Source of the DNA: Takakia lepidozioides
Lineage: Eukaryota > Plantae > Bryophyta
NCBI GenBank assembly: GCA_030704615.1
Contig: CM060733.1
Span: 53,816,001-53,880,000, forward strand
Length of the DNA: 64,000 nucleotides
Direction of reading: 5' to 3'
Position 1 is the first letter of the stretch, and the number at the start of each line of letters is the position of its first letter. The notes below the pieces were generated by a model that saw only the letters and a program-made list of their open reading frames with translations, made no database searches and was not told the DNA's origin. A program made the position numbers and the translations under genes. Below are positions 51,101 to 63,254 of the stretch, one piece after another.

Positions 51101-52891
51101 AGAGATCTCCCGTCCTTTTGAATTGACTGAAGTTGAAAGTAGGGCTAGATTAGCACAGGAGACCTCCCGTCATAGATAGCTACACTTGCTAGTATGTGCA
51201 GGATTTCATTGTCGGAGCTCAAACCATTCTGGATGTGAAAAGTGACAAGGAGGCAATGCCACTTGTGTTCACCTCTGATCGGACCTGGAATTACTAGACA
51301 AAAGTGTTTTCAAGATGGGAGAAGTGCGAGCTCATTGATCCCAAAGGGAACATCCCCCAGAAGGAGCAGCCAGCACTCAAAAAATCTAGCGTGGCTCGAC
51401 TGCAGGGGTTGGACGACAGCCAGATTGCAAAGGTTGTCATCATGTTACTTAAGAACAAAGTGTTGATGCGTCATCCATACACTGGGCCTGACACCGATGT
51501 TCTGAGTCTAGAGGATTATTGCAAGTACAAGAAGTTGAGGAGGCACATTATTGATGATATCATGGTCGGCTTTGGATTTAAGGAGCTGACGAAGGAACCG
51601 ACATCCATAAACAAAGGCTGAGTGGACGGCCATCAAGCATAAGTACAAAAGGAATTTTGAGGCTCCAGTAATTCATCTCCATTTCATTCTTCCGATGGCA
51701 GAGTCGGAGTGGGAAAGAGTGGACAAGGTTGTGCGGAGGTGCATCACATCCAAAGATTGATACATTCCAAGAGTGCTACATACAGAGGCGGAAGAATCGA
51801 AAAATCCTTTGGAAAGTCGGTACTACAATAATGAGATCCGATCATCGGCCATCGACCAAGTCGTTGATCTCTTCTGTGCGGAGGGATCTTCCGCTATCAA
51901 TGTGTACTGTGGGGGGGTGGTCACATACTCGCTTATGGTAAGCACGTACAAACTCAATTCCTAATTTGACTTTTGGTAAACCTCATTAGCTTTCTATTGA
52001 ACATAGGGACTGTAACAGATGATCTAGGGGAGATCTCCCATCCTCCATTGACGGGAGATCTCCCTTCCTAGCTTTGACGGGAGACCTCCCATCCTCCATT
52101 TGATAATTCATATCTCTGTTTTGAGATGAACATCGCGTAAGACTAGACTGGCACGACACAATACTGATACCCAGATGATTAGAAGCATTTATTAGAGGAC
52201 TTTCCCGAGTGCATCCGTATTCGTACAAAGTGATACATAAGCCTTTAGGTAACACACTGGCGATGTTATCTAAGATCTTGGGTATCACTTTGTACACTGG
52301 CAATGTGTTATAAGATCTTATGGTTTACTTGATAAGTATGGCCAGGCATAATCTTGAAGTAATTCCCAGATTGTGAGAGCTCTTAGATATTGCTTCAGAT
52401 GATGGGTTGAAAGTGTGCGTAGGAATTCACCATATTTTTTAAGCTTTTTACCGTCATCCTTCGACGGGAGACCTCCCGTACTCCTTTTACCATTATCATC
52501 TGTTTTTTTTTCAGATTGTCAAGTTACTAGTATTAGGATCATTCGAACCTTCTCCCTTCCTCTCTTTGACGGGAGACCTCCCGTCATCCTCTTGGCCATT
52601 CTTATCTGTGTTTTAAGATAAAACTCGTGCAAGACTAGTCTGGCACGACACACTATTGATACCCAGGTGAATAGAAACATTCATTACAGGACTTTTCTGA
52701 GTGCATCTGAATACCTACAGAGTGTCACAGAAGACTTTAGATTACGCATTGGCGAGTTTGTGAGGGCATCTACCTACATATATGAGAGGGGATAGTTTAC
52801 AAGGATGTAACGTGGCTCGATTTATCCTGATTATCGATTACATCATATGACGGGAGACCTCCCGTTCTCCTTCGACGGGAGGCCTCCCGTC
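48154..52891. repeat. Dispersed 16-bp palindrome ACGGGAG-NN-CTCCCGT, about 14 copies
   Basis: Copies near 48154, 48177, 48255, 50282, 50675, 51097, 51154, 52027, 52050, 52076, 52463, 52568, 52849 and 52874. Confidence 0.9.
48702..49525. mobile_element. Complete hAT-type MITE inserted in an exon
   Basis: Perfect 17-bp TIR CAGTGTTGAGCGGGTAT / ATACCCGCTCAACACTG; flanks GTACACAC / AAACACAC; the interrupted Y-I-P-A repeat resumes after it. Confidence 0.88.
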
Positions 52892-53869
52892 CTTCTTTGA
52901 CCGTTCCCATCTGTGTCTTGGGACTATCCAGTTACTGAATGTTAATAACCGGCTTATGTTTGAACAATCAGGAATCAAAATGTAGGGTGTTGGAAGTAAC
53001 GCACCCTAGTCGTATGTTATCAACAAGAGCCTCTGCTGAGAAATCCTTCAAAATTCTCGCATTGCTGAGTACAAAGGGTCCCGCGGAAGAGGCCCATCGT
53101 TCTGACAGAAATCAAGGACGCCAGGAGAGGACACAGATGTCCCGCGACACCAACTCTCGAAGAGAATTACTAACGCAACCAGATCCAGCCAGAAATAGGC
53201 CTGTGCACTTGGAGGATGGTGAAGATGACAGTGAGACTGAATCCAACGGCGTGGAGCAGAGCCCAATGTTTCATTGGCGGTTTGCAAAAGGAAGATGGAT
53301 ATTTCGCAGGCGATGAGTGGGGAGAGATCCCTTCAGCCTCAGGTGCTTCCACTGCTCTTTACTTATTTTTCTAGCTAAAATATGTTCCATTCCAGTTTGG
53401 TACCTAGAAAAGATGGATATTTTTCAACTCTAGCTTGGGTTGAACTTTTTAAAATTTGGTTCGCTGCATGTGATTGCCGAACCAGGAACATAGACTAGTC
53501 TGAGACATTGGGAGGGAGATCCTACCGTTATTGTTTAGTTTCTTTCATATGATTTGGTTGCTTGGGCCTATCATGTAGAGAACAGACTCAGGGCCTCAAA
53601 TTACAAGGAATCCCCTACCTTCCACCATTAAAGGTTACTTTAGTTCAACTGAGGTGTGGAATGCAGTACATACTAGCATGAGCACCCAGCTGATACATGG
53701 AAATCAACATATACTAGTGCCCAGGTTGAATAGGCTAAGAGTCCTCAGTTCATACAAACTAGTGTGATAAGTATGGTTGGGGTGCTTGCTGGAAGAATTC
53801 TAGGTTGTCATTGCAACAAGGCAAGGATGTATGTGATTTGTGCAGAGGCATGGATATAGCTGAAGAAGT

Positions 53870-54510
53870 AGGGATAGAGTGTTGGTCCAGATTCATCCAA
53901 GAGGGCCAGATATCAAGCACAAGATTACCTATGATTGTCTGTGGACGGATAGCTACAAAAAACGTGCAGCGGCACAATGGATAAAATCAGGCACTGCTAC
54001 TGAAGGCATCATCTTCAGCACATTTCACCCTGTTTTTCCCTCTTATCAGGATCGGCCCTAATTTCCATGTTGAATTCTGCAAGTGAGCTGGTTGAGTGAA
54101 TATAGTTTGGAGTGACTTTGACACGATACTGCCAATGTGACAATAGGAAAGTATCAGAAAACAAGTAATAGAGATGAGGAGAAGCTGTGGAATGAATACT
54201 TTTCTGACCCCAGTCAATGATGGGACAACCAAGGCAGAAAGGTGAATGCCTGTTACCTTTCAAAGAGTAGCAGACGCAATTCAGCCTAGGAACTAATGTG
54301 ATAAGCTGAGTTAGGTGTTTCCTAGAATAAATCTAGGCTGTCCTTGTCAGCTACTAGCAGCAAGGCAAGGATGAATGCATGATTTGTGCAGAGGCATGGG
54401 TAGTTGAAGGAACAAAGATAGAGTGTGGGTCCAAACTCATCCAAGAGGGCCAGATTTCAAGCACAAGATTACTTATGATTCCCTGTGGATCAATAGCTAC
54501 AAGAAACTTG
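53870..54510 (+). pseudogene. Fragments of a PDF-motif (OSB-like organellar ssDNA-binding) gene
   Basis: HPRGPDIKHKITYDCLWTDS, EKLWNEYFSDPSQ*WDNQGRK|gt, GPDFKHKIT; stops present. Confidence 0.65.
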
Positions 54511-56308
54511 CATGGGTACATAGTCTATTCCATAGGACTCAATTTGCCACTGAGTCTTGCATTATGAGGATCACAATTGTTTGGCAGCTTACCTAGGCTT
54601 TGACCCTTAGGCAATCCCCAGAGCAGTAGTAGCTTTGGGCTGCTTTTTTACTTTGGTTTTTTCATTTTGTCCCATAATCTCTTTGAGCTTTCTGCAGATG
54701 TAATAAAATACCATTTTGTTTCATTTTCATTTCATTTTGTTTCTAGGCATGTCTTTCATCGTTTTCGCATTTCTAATGACATGATTAGTTCTCTTGTATG
54801 GCATTACATGAGTATGTATTAGTCGGCTCACTACAAACACCAAAACTTCAAAGCATGAACCACTATGAATGATTGTTCAAGTAATTTCAAGCATTTCATT
54901 TAAAGTAGTAAAGCAGTAGTTGCACCGACTTTCGTAGTCGCAGTTGCCACTAGGCATGTAGCACTGCAAGTTATGTGGTCGACTACCACGTTGCGTCTCA
55001 GGCCCGTGGCCATGTGGCAGCAGTGCTGCTCATCGCGGCGCCGCGACGTCGTCGTCCACATCCGCGTCCATGTGTCACTGCGGTCCGGTGAGTCATTCCA
55101 CTCATGCGGAGGGAAAAGTCAAAGTCAGCCCAAAAGGTCAGACACACAGGCGGCTGGCCTGGTTACGCCACGTGGTGACTCAACAATAATCGCAATAATC
55201 ACTAAGCAGTCGTTGACGCGTCTGCATCTGTTACCACTCCAATCATTGGATGTCCGATCCAACTGCCATGTTTGTTGTAACTAGTCGTTTGTAACTTCCA
55301 GTCGATCCCAATTTTTTTATTTTTACGATTGAAAATGATCCCTAGTGGTAAATGACACGAATGCTTCTAGTGCCAGTCGACACTTTCAATGTACGCAGGA
55401 CTTGTAAGAAAGATTTCATTTCATCCTTGGAAAGTACATACGGTGCAACAGACATTACCATTTTTCCAGGGTCACGTGGTGTGGGGCGGTTCCACTACAA
55501 CAGATCCTGGCTTTTAGATCTACCACATTTGCCTAGTCGTGGCATATATGTCTGCAAAATGCGAAGGGCAGTCCTGAATGCCAATGGAGACCACCAGAAG
55601 ACATATATACCATTGTGTGCCTCCGCCACGTCAGGATCTGCGGTCAAACACATTTGACCAGATAGATTGAGATGGTAGATACGACTACAAGTACAGTAGG
55701 ATGACATGGGCATCGCAATGTATGACTACTAGTATTCACGACTACACGTGGCGATTGATGGTGCCCAAGGAATGTTTATGTGGAAAATGCAAAGATAAAT
55801 GGATGAAATAGAACGAGGATGTGACTGCAAATGACGACGTGTCTACATATCATTGCTCGCGTGGTTGAGATATTGTGGTGTATTGGATGTAAGTGCATCT
55901 AACGGCTACAAATTATACGACTTCGAGGGTGACGTCCACTTACTGGTGATTTATTTTAAATTGTAAGCGGTTTCAACAAGTTCACTAGTAACTCCACAAT
56001 TATATTTTAAGTTCATGTAATTTGAAATGTATATACTAGTAATGAAATAGAATATACAGTCGTTTTAACCACTCATTTAATGACTATATATATATATATA
56101 TATATATTCAAATATATAAAGCTAAAAATACCTTCACATAATAACATGGAATATATAATTATTTTATATATTTTTAGGGTGCAAAACGTTCAAAAAATTC
56201 AAAAGTTGTCTCGAATGTAGGGTTGTTAGGTCGCAGAGTGCAGGCTTGGGACTTAGTGTTTTTTGGGGTCTGCGTCTTCTTAGTGCCAAAGCATCGTGAT
56301 AGAGGCCG

Positions 56309-57860
56309 TGTTTCAATCTCTACCTGCTCGAATGCACCATGGCCGCTCTCACAGACCTATCCGACATTACCTGACTATAGACACAAACAACATACACAAG
56401 AGGTCCTAGTGGGTTCATGGTCAGTCGAATCCTCCATGGGTCAAGATACAAGGTCGACGACAATGTGGTGAGGGCGCCTTCTTCTTCAACCTATTTCAGC
56501 CTGTTTTGCCCTCTCATCAGACTCGGCTTTGCATTTGCAGCACGAAGCAAAGCTGGCACGAGTTTTTGAAAGATCCTTCGCGATGGTGGGACAACCGCAA
56601 TCGGAAGGTGTGACTTTTTCTTAATGTACGATGTGAAGAAGATTGTCCATCCTGCAAATGTGGGCTCTCGGCTCCTGTTAGTACCATGATTTGGTATTCT
56701 TCCTGATGTTTACGAGGTTCTTGGGAGAGTCAACTTTGTCTTAGTAGGTCGTGTTTCAATCTCTGCCCGCTCAGTTGCATCGTGGTGGTTCTCACGGACC
56801 AATCCGACATTACCTTACTACGAACACAAGCAGCACACACAAGAGGTCCTCTTGGTTTCATGGTCAGTCAAATCCTCCATGGGTCATGACACAAGGTCGA
56901 GGACAATGTGGTGAGGGCACCTTCTTCTTCGACCTATTTCAGCCTGTTTTGCCCTCTCATCAGACTCGGCCCTGCATTTGCAGCACGGAGCAGAGTTGGC
57001 ATGAGTTTCTGAAAGATCCTTCACGATGGTGGGACAACCGCAATCGGAAGGTGTGGCTTTTTCTTAATGTACAATGTGAAGAAGATTGTCCATCCTGCAA
57101 ATGTGGGCTCACGGCTCTTGTTAGTACCATGATTTGGTATTCTTCCTGATGTTTACAAGATTCTTGGGAGAGTCAGCTTTGTCTTAGCAGGTTGTGTTTC
57201 AATCCCTGCCCGCTTAGTTGCACCGTGGTGGTTCTCACAAACCAATCTGACATTACCTGACTACGCACACAAGCAACACACACAAGAGGTCCTCTTGGTT
57301 TCATGGTCAGTCAAATCCTCCATGGGTCATGACACAAGGTCGAGGACAATGTGGTGAGGGCACCTTCTTCTTCGACCTATTTCAGCCTGTTTTGCCCTCT
57401 CATTAGACTCGGCCCTGAATTTGCAGCACAGAGCAAAGCTAGCATGAGTTTTTTTAAGATCTTTCACGATGGTGCGATAACCGCAATCGCAAGGTGTGGC
57501 TTTTTCTTAATGTACGATGTGAAGAAGTTTGTCCATCTTGCAAATGTGGGTTGTTGGCTCCCGGTAGTACCATGATTTGGTATTCTTCCTGAAGTTTATA
57601 CGTTCTTGGGAGAGTCAGCTTGGTCTTAGCAGGCCGTGTTTCAATCTCAGCCTACTCAGCTGCACCGTGGTGGTTCTCACAGATCAATCCGACAGTACCT
57701 GACTACAGACACAAGCAACACACATAAGAGATTCTTTGGGTTGATGGTCGGTCAAATCCTGCATGGGTCATGACACAAGGTCAAGGTCAACAATGTGGTG
57801 AGGGCACCTTCTTCTTCAACCTCTTTCTGCCTGTTTTACCCTCTCATCAGCTTGGCCCTA
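56309..57860 (+). repeat. Tandem repeat, about 442-bp unit, about 3.5 copies; the three full units carry a WWDNR-type exon end
   Basis: Units start GTGTTTCAATC at about 56309, 56751, 57194 and 57636; encode QSWHEFLKDPSRWWDNRNRK followed by a GT donor (degenerate in copy 3). Confidence 0.9.
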
Positions 57861-58536
57861 AGATACATATTGAATTCTGTAAGTTAGCTCGATGGGTGGA
57901 TCTGTGGTGGTTAGGAGTGACTTTGACAAGTTACTGACGATGTGGCAGCAGGAAAGTATCCAAAAACAGATCTAACATAGATGAGGAGAAGCTCGTTGGT
58001 GGATCTATGGTGGTTTTGGAGTGATTTGGACATGTTACTGTTTGTAGGGTTAGGGCGTCAGGGGGGCTGCTATTTCATGAGCCATGAGCCATGAGCGGCA
58101 TGAGCCATGAGCAGAGTCGTAAGTGTCGAAAAAAACATGAGCAGGATTATTTTCCGGAAATGAGTGTCCGCGGGAATAGGGTTCGGGGTGTCATGGTCAT
58201 AGGGGGAGAAGGACCTCCCGATGAAGGAGGTTCGGCAATGTTTTTTAGAATTACATATTGAAAGGCAATGTTTTGCGAATGGTAGGGTGGTACTGCTATG
58301 TACAATGGGGGCCCATTTCAGCCTACCAGCCACTTGCAAAATCCACCCACACTCCCAATCCCAAACGAAACGAGGAATGATGCATTTCTGGGAACGATGG
58401 ATACAGAATAGAACAAAAAGAGGGCACAATGAGGTTTTTATTGATCCACATGAATTGCATTTGAAGCACGTCTACTGTGCTGATTGTGCAAACAAATCTT
58501 TAGCCCTGTGCCTTCTGAATACAAGTCACGTTGTCA

Positions 58537-61146
58537 ATGGGACTTCGACTGCTCTGAAAACTAGCTCATGAGTCATCGGGCTCCTCCAGTGGAACACAGA
58601 CATTGGAAGACTACGTGACACGTTTCAGATGCGCGTACAAAGACAACCTCTTCGCCAGGGAGCTGCAGACAGCAAGAAGGAGCGTGGAGTTCACACATCA
58701 GGAGGGAGCGGGGAAAGCTGCAATGCGAATTGTTTACAGGTGAAGCCCAGCTGCCCTTATATGCGAAGCTTGGTTATGAGGTTTGTCTGGGAAATGTGGC
58801 ACCGCATTCGCATTTTATGATTTTGGTTGCACTCTGCGAATATGTTGGTCTCAACTTCTGCTCACGCATGCTGACTACCGTGCAGGTATATGAAATACGT
58901 GCTTCTTCAGACAGGGGCCCTGGCTCAAGAGCCCCCGTTCTTCATGGCTTGGACCGTGGCGGGCCCAAGCTATGTCTACACACCCGAGATGCAGAAACAA
59001 TGGCATGCCGCGCATCTCGTTGGATGCCCGTGGTACCTGGACATGTCTGGCGGAATTGTTGACGAGTCTGAGAAAGATCTGCACGCGAAAGCAGTAGAGA
59101 AGAGAAATGAAAGACGTGTCTCGGCCAGAGTCGGCAAAGGAAGCTGCTGCTCTGGAACAATCCAGAAAGGTAGCTGAGATGGCACAGAAGATGGTAGATG
59201 CAGCTGTGCAGACTCAACAAAAGGGGTCGAAGAAGAGGACTCACCAGCAAGGAGCAGCAGTTGTGACACCCAAGAAAACGAAGAAGCAGAAACAAAAAGA
59301 CCAGGAAGAGGGTGACGAAGAGGACTCCGATGGAGACTTTGCAACCAGCCCGCCCCCCGTAACGCAGCCGCAAAGAAGACACTCTTCAACCCCCCGGGGG
59401 GGGGGCACCCTTTCGAGCCGGTGGAAATTAAGAGGCCGAGAGTGGATCCCGATACAGTAGTCGAGTTTGTAAATGAGAGTTTCTTGGCGGCTTTGGATGG
59501 ACGGGCAGCCAAGTTGGCATACATCAAGACCATGGAGGGTCTGAAGGGCAGAGCACTGAAGAAGGCGGCTGCCGAAGAGCCTTCCGACACCCCTGGGTTT
59601 CTGAAGATGGTCTCGTTCTTTGAGAGGGTGTGTCCAGACAAGGATTGTAGGAGGGGTGGAAAAGCCACCGAGTTGTCTTGCGATATGATCATCTTGGATA
59701 TTTCGGACGAAGAGCCTGTGGAAGGACTGCAAGCTTTGCCATCTTGGAACAGGTACTCCGAGGACTTTTGGAAAAAAGGATTCGGGCTCGCCCGCATGGT
59801 GTTGGACGACAAAAGCTATGTGGTTGTCCTGGCGAGCAGAGGCAAAAACACTCAGACAAGAATTGCGAAGTGGACCCGCAAGAGCGCCGTCCCAATTCTG
59901 AAGAAGAAGTGGACGTGCATCAACACATTGGGCCTTTGGTCGGAAGGGAAGAAGGTAATTACGACATTGGCACTCGTCCTTTCATTTTGTTAGGTGTTTT
60001 GAAATGCGGTGCCGCATTCGATTTCTAATCGTTCCCCACTGTGTTTGCAGACGAAGCAGTTCGATGCATACTGCTTTGTGAAGGAGAACTCCACCTTTGC
60101 TTTCCGGAAGGATGGATTGTTGATTGACCCGAACTGCGACCCCATCGATTACGACGTCCTATTCAACAATGTTCCCACGGAACTTCTCCCTCATAGCCTC
60201 ACTTCAACGGAACCCCTGCGGTATTCACGGACTCGAAGCCCTGCCTTCATTCAGACAATTATGGAGACATGCACTGACCTGGAGGGCACAGTGCTCGACC
60301 TCATCTGTTGGACAGGTATGCAGAATCTTGTACTATGCTGTTCTGCAAATTCTCGTTATGCTTTAATTCACAACATCTGAAGGGCCATGTTATAATGTGT
60401 GGATGACATTGTAACAGGTGCCTCAATGTGGGCTGGGCGGTTTTCCGACCGGCACCTCTTTGCCTACGAGGAGGACATATCCGTTTGGGGATCCCATCTG
60501 GAAGGGCTTCAACGGAATGTGAAGGCTCCCATCAAAGCCAAAGATTCCTCGGATTCCTCGGCGTCGGAGGAAGAGACAGTGGACATTGATGCCGAGGAGA
60601 ACCCGGAATACGAGTGAGTGCAAACATTGTAAGTTTGCAAAGCCTTCTGGGTGATTTTTTATCAAACACATTTCCGGACTGTGGTTCTCATTGGTCTCGT
60701 GGGTGATTGTTATGTGCAGGATTCTAGGATCCGGGTCGAAACATGTAGGGCCTACACTTCCTGCCAGGAAGAATGTCCCGTTCTTTGCGAGGGCCGACTT
60801 CATGACGAGCCCGGTGAATGACTACTCCCTTCCTAGTTATGCAGCTAAACTTGCAAATACAGCGATTAGACGATGTGAGAATACCAGTAAAGTAGAGCAG
60901 ATTTTGGAGAGGGCTAGGGAGGACAGAAGGATAAGGAAAGAGTTGGCAGCAGCTGAGACAGGTAGACGGGTGCGAAAGTTCATATGTGATTCAGCAGATG
61001 AGAGCGATGCAGACAGGGAGGACGACGACCCAACGGAGGTGAGATGGTCGGTTCCGCAAGGGGAGGATGGGAATTTTGAGAGCCTGGCCAACGAGCAGTC
61101 CGCTGGAGATGACGGGGTGGAGGCGGAGCAGGACGGTCAAAGATAG
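58537..61146 (+). pseudogene. Spliced, frameshifted gene with a beta-class DNA N6A/N4C methyltransferase-like domain
   Basis: Phase-consistent introns 58740-58885, 59955-60050, 60316-60417, 60614-60719. SCDMIILDISD (DPPY position)...PSWN...ARMVLDDKSYVVVL...RSPAFIQTIMETCTDLEGTVLDLICWTG|ASMWAGRFSDRHLFAYEED. Early stop and two frameshifts upstream of the domain. Confidence 0.65.
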
Positions 61147-61312
61147 GACGACGATAGTGATGATTATCAAGATTAGTAGAATTTTAATGAACTCTCCGTA
61201 CATTTAAATTCTCTTCCAGAGTATATACAGGAAAATCTGCCCGTCCTTCATGTCCCCTCTCCCATGTGCTTCTCAACGACACCATCGTCCAAACCACGTC
61301 CCTCCCAAAATC

Positions 61313-62023
61313 GGAAATGCGGCACCGCATTTCCAAAACCGGGGCAAGAACAATTTTCCATTTCACGGTTTGGACATCAGAAACTGTTCGGCCAAACGGA
61401 AATGCGGTGCCACATTTCCGTTTTCGACATGGCAGTTTTGCCGATTGCCAGCTCCTTCCATGGAGGTAAATGGAAATGCCACCCTGCATGCGGAGGTCGA
61501 ACACATTATTTAAATGGCGGACATGGAAATGCGGTGCCGCATTTCCATTTTGGAGATGGACGTTTTTCCAACTCCAAACCCATTGACGGAACTGCGGCTT
61601 CGCATTCCATGATTCTGGACGGGAATGCGGCACCGCATTCCATTGTCCAATAAGAACTTTCGATTGCCAAACATGGAAATGCGGCGCCGCATTTCCAAAA
61701 CAGACATCGTTCATTGTCCAATTCTAGACCCTTCAATGGAAATGCGGCACCGCATTCCATTGTCCAATAAGAAAATTTGATGACGGACATGGAAATGCGG
61801 TGCCGCATTTCCAGAACGGACATGGACACATTGGCGATTGGACATGCTTGGACAATTCAAGGTCCAATATGGAAATGCGGTGCCGCATTTCCTATTCGAA
61901 GTATGGTAATGCCATGTCAAGAAATGAAATGCGGTACAATATATCCTTTACGACCACAACGGAGGAAAGGGAGCTGCCAGAAATCGCTGCATGGAGAAAA
62001 ATGAAATGCGGTCCTGAATTTCC
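61313..62023. repeat. Array of a 22-bp palindrome GGAAATGCGG-NN-CCGCATTTCC
   Basis: Good copies at 61313, 61398, 61525, 61621, 61675, 61738, 61791, 61871; degenerate copies at 61472, 61588, 61926, 62003; outliers at 58791, 60001, 63131. Confidence 0.92.
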
Positions 62024-62299
62024 GAGCTTCAGCATGTACATGTTTCCTTTTACTCATACATGGATTTCCTTCACCTCAGGACTCTGATATCGCTGACTCT
62101 GGTATATTCATGTGGACAGACACATTGTACAAATGAGACCACAAATTGTAAACAGTGGGCCAATTACGGCAGTTCTTGAACACATTGAAACAGAGCACAC
62201 AGAAATGAGGTACGATGGGTTGTTTTACTGATCGAACACGGTGTCTCACATTTAGCAACTCCAGACAAATCTAAGCCCTTCCTCCTTCTACATGGGCAT

Positions 62300-62866
62300 T
62301 ACCAAGTCGACGGAACTTCGATAGCCCTCAAAACAAGCTCATTACGGATGCGGCACCTGGAGGTAAATTGCAATGCGGTCGTTCTGGTGCCCTTGGTGGA
62401 GCTGACGACAATGTCATGCCCATCAATGATACCACCATCGTACATTGACAAGGTCACTGTGGGCCTCATATTCGTCTTCGCAACTCAGCCGAATGTCTCC
62501 ATACACTGGAAGAGCGGAGTGAACTCCACGAATATAGTTTTCCCCGGTGCCGTCCTCCCTGGTCCACTGGCAGCAGTTCCAGCGCCAAAGCGAGGCCGTG
62601 CGTGATTTGTCCGGCATCCCATTCCACCTTGGTATATCGAGGTCAACAATTTTCAGGACCCACGGACCGCATTGACCCTCGCCCTCACCTCGCTCAAAGC
62701 GGTAATAGCCCTCCAAATACTCCATTGCGCGCAAAGACTCCCGCTTGATTCCACAAGCGTCAGTGAAAACAGAGAGCCAGACAATGATGTCTCCTGATTC
62801 TGGTTTGAAAATAGCATAATCGTGGCCATGATAAGGGCAGTCAGCAGGATTTTGGCGGCACGACAT
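62300..62866 (-). pseudogene. Unknown protein, RWNCCQW family, copy 1 (frameshift near the 3' end)
   Basis: ORF 62423-62866 aligns with the plus-strand copy; the homology continues in another frame as DGGIIDGHDIVV. True start probably further upstream. Confidence 0.6.
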
Positions 62867-63254
62867 CCTTGAAAAAGATTAGCGGAGTACGCTCAATGAC
62901 AGAGGCGGCAGCGCGGTGGCTGGAAGAAGTTCAAGCAAACGCTGCAATTCCTCACTAACACTCCAGGGCACATTTGAATTTCCCCCTACAGGAACCTGCA
63001 CGGATGAAGATTGGCTGCTCCATGAATGTAGCCGCGTCAATTTCCTTCCCTGCCATGCAAACTATGGGCAGTAAGTGCCAGGTGGGCCTATAGCCACTCG
63101 AGACAACAAAGTCCATCCCCCCTTCGATGTAAATGCGGCGCCGAATTTCTATCCGGGGGATGGACTACGGTGGCAGATTTCAAACTATACCCCGTGGATG
63201 AGAAAGAGGTATCAGTTCATCCAGCGCTGGCGTGATGAACACGTTACATGATGA

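Larger units (their letters stand above)
48066..53316 (+). pseudogene. Spliced, decayed gene: Pro/Tyr repeat region, ParB-like domain, C-terminal DNA amino-methyltransferase-like (SAM-binding) segment
   Basis: Putative introns 48086-48381, about 50277-50408, 50664-51201, 51938-52971. ParB/Srx-like FFIIRGQHTLVAA at about 50235-50270. RSSAIDQVVDLFCAEGSSAINVYCGG..|ESKCRVLEV resembles the beta-class MTase motif X-I-II region. In-frame stops, frameshifts and a MITE insertion. Confidence 0.6.

Noticed and set aside
58976-59812. 278-aa minus-strand ORF
   Set aside because: Antisense to the MTase-like gene; low-complexity mirror of its Lys/Glu-rich coding.
61313-62023. CRISPR array (palindromic repeats with spacers)
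   Set aside because: Spacer lengths are very irregular, spacers are partly duplicated (CATTGTCCAATAAGAA recurs), there are no cas genes, and the context is eukaryotic.
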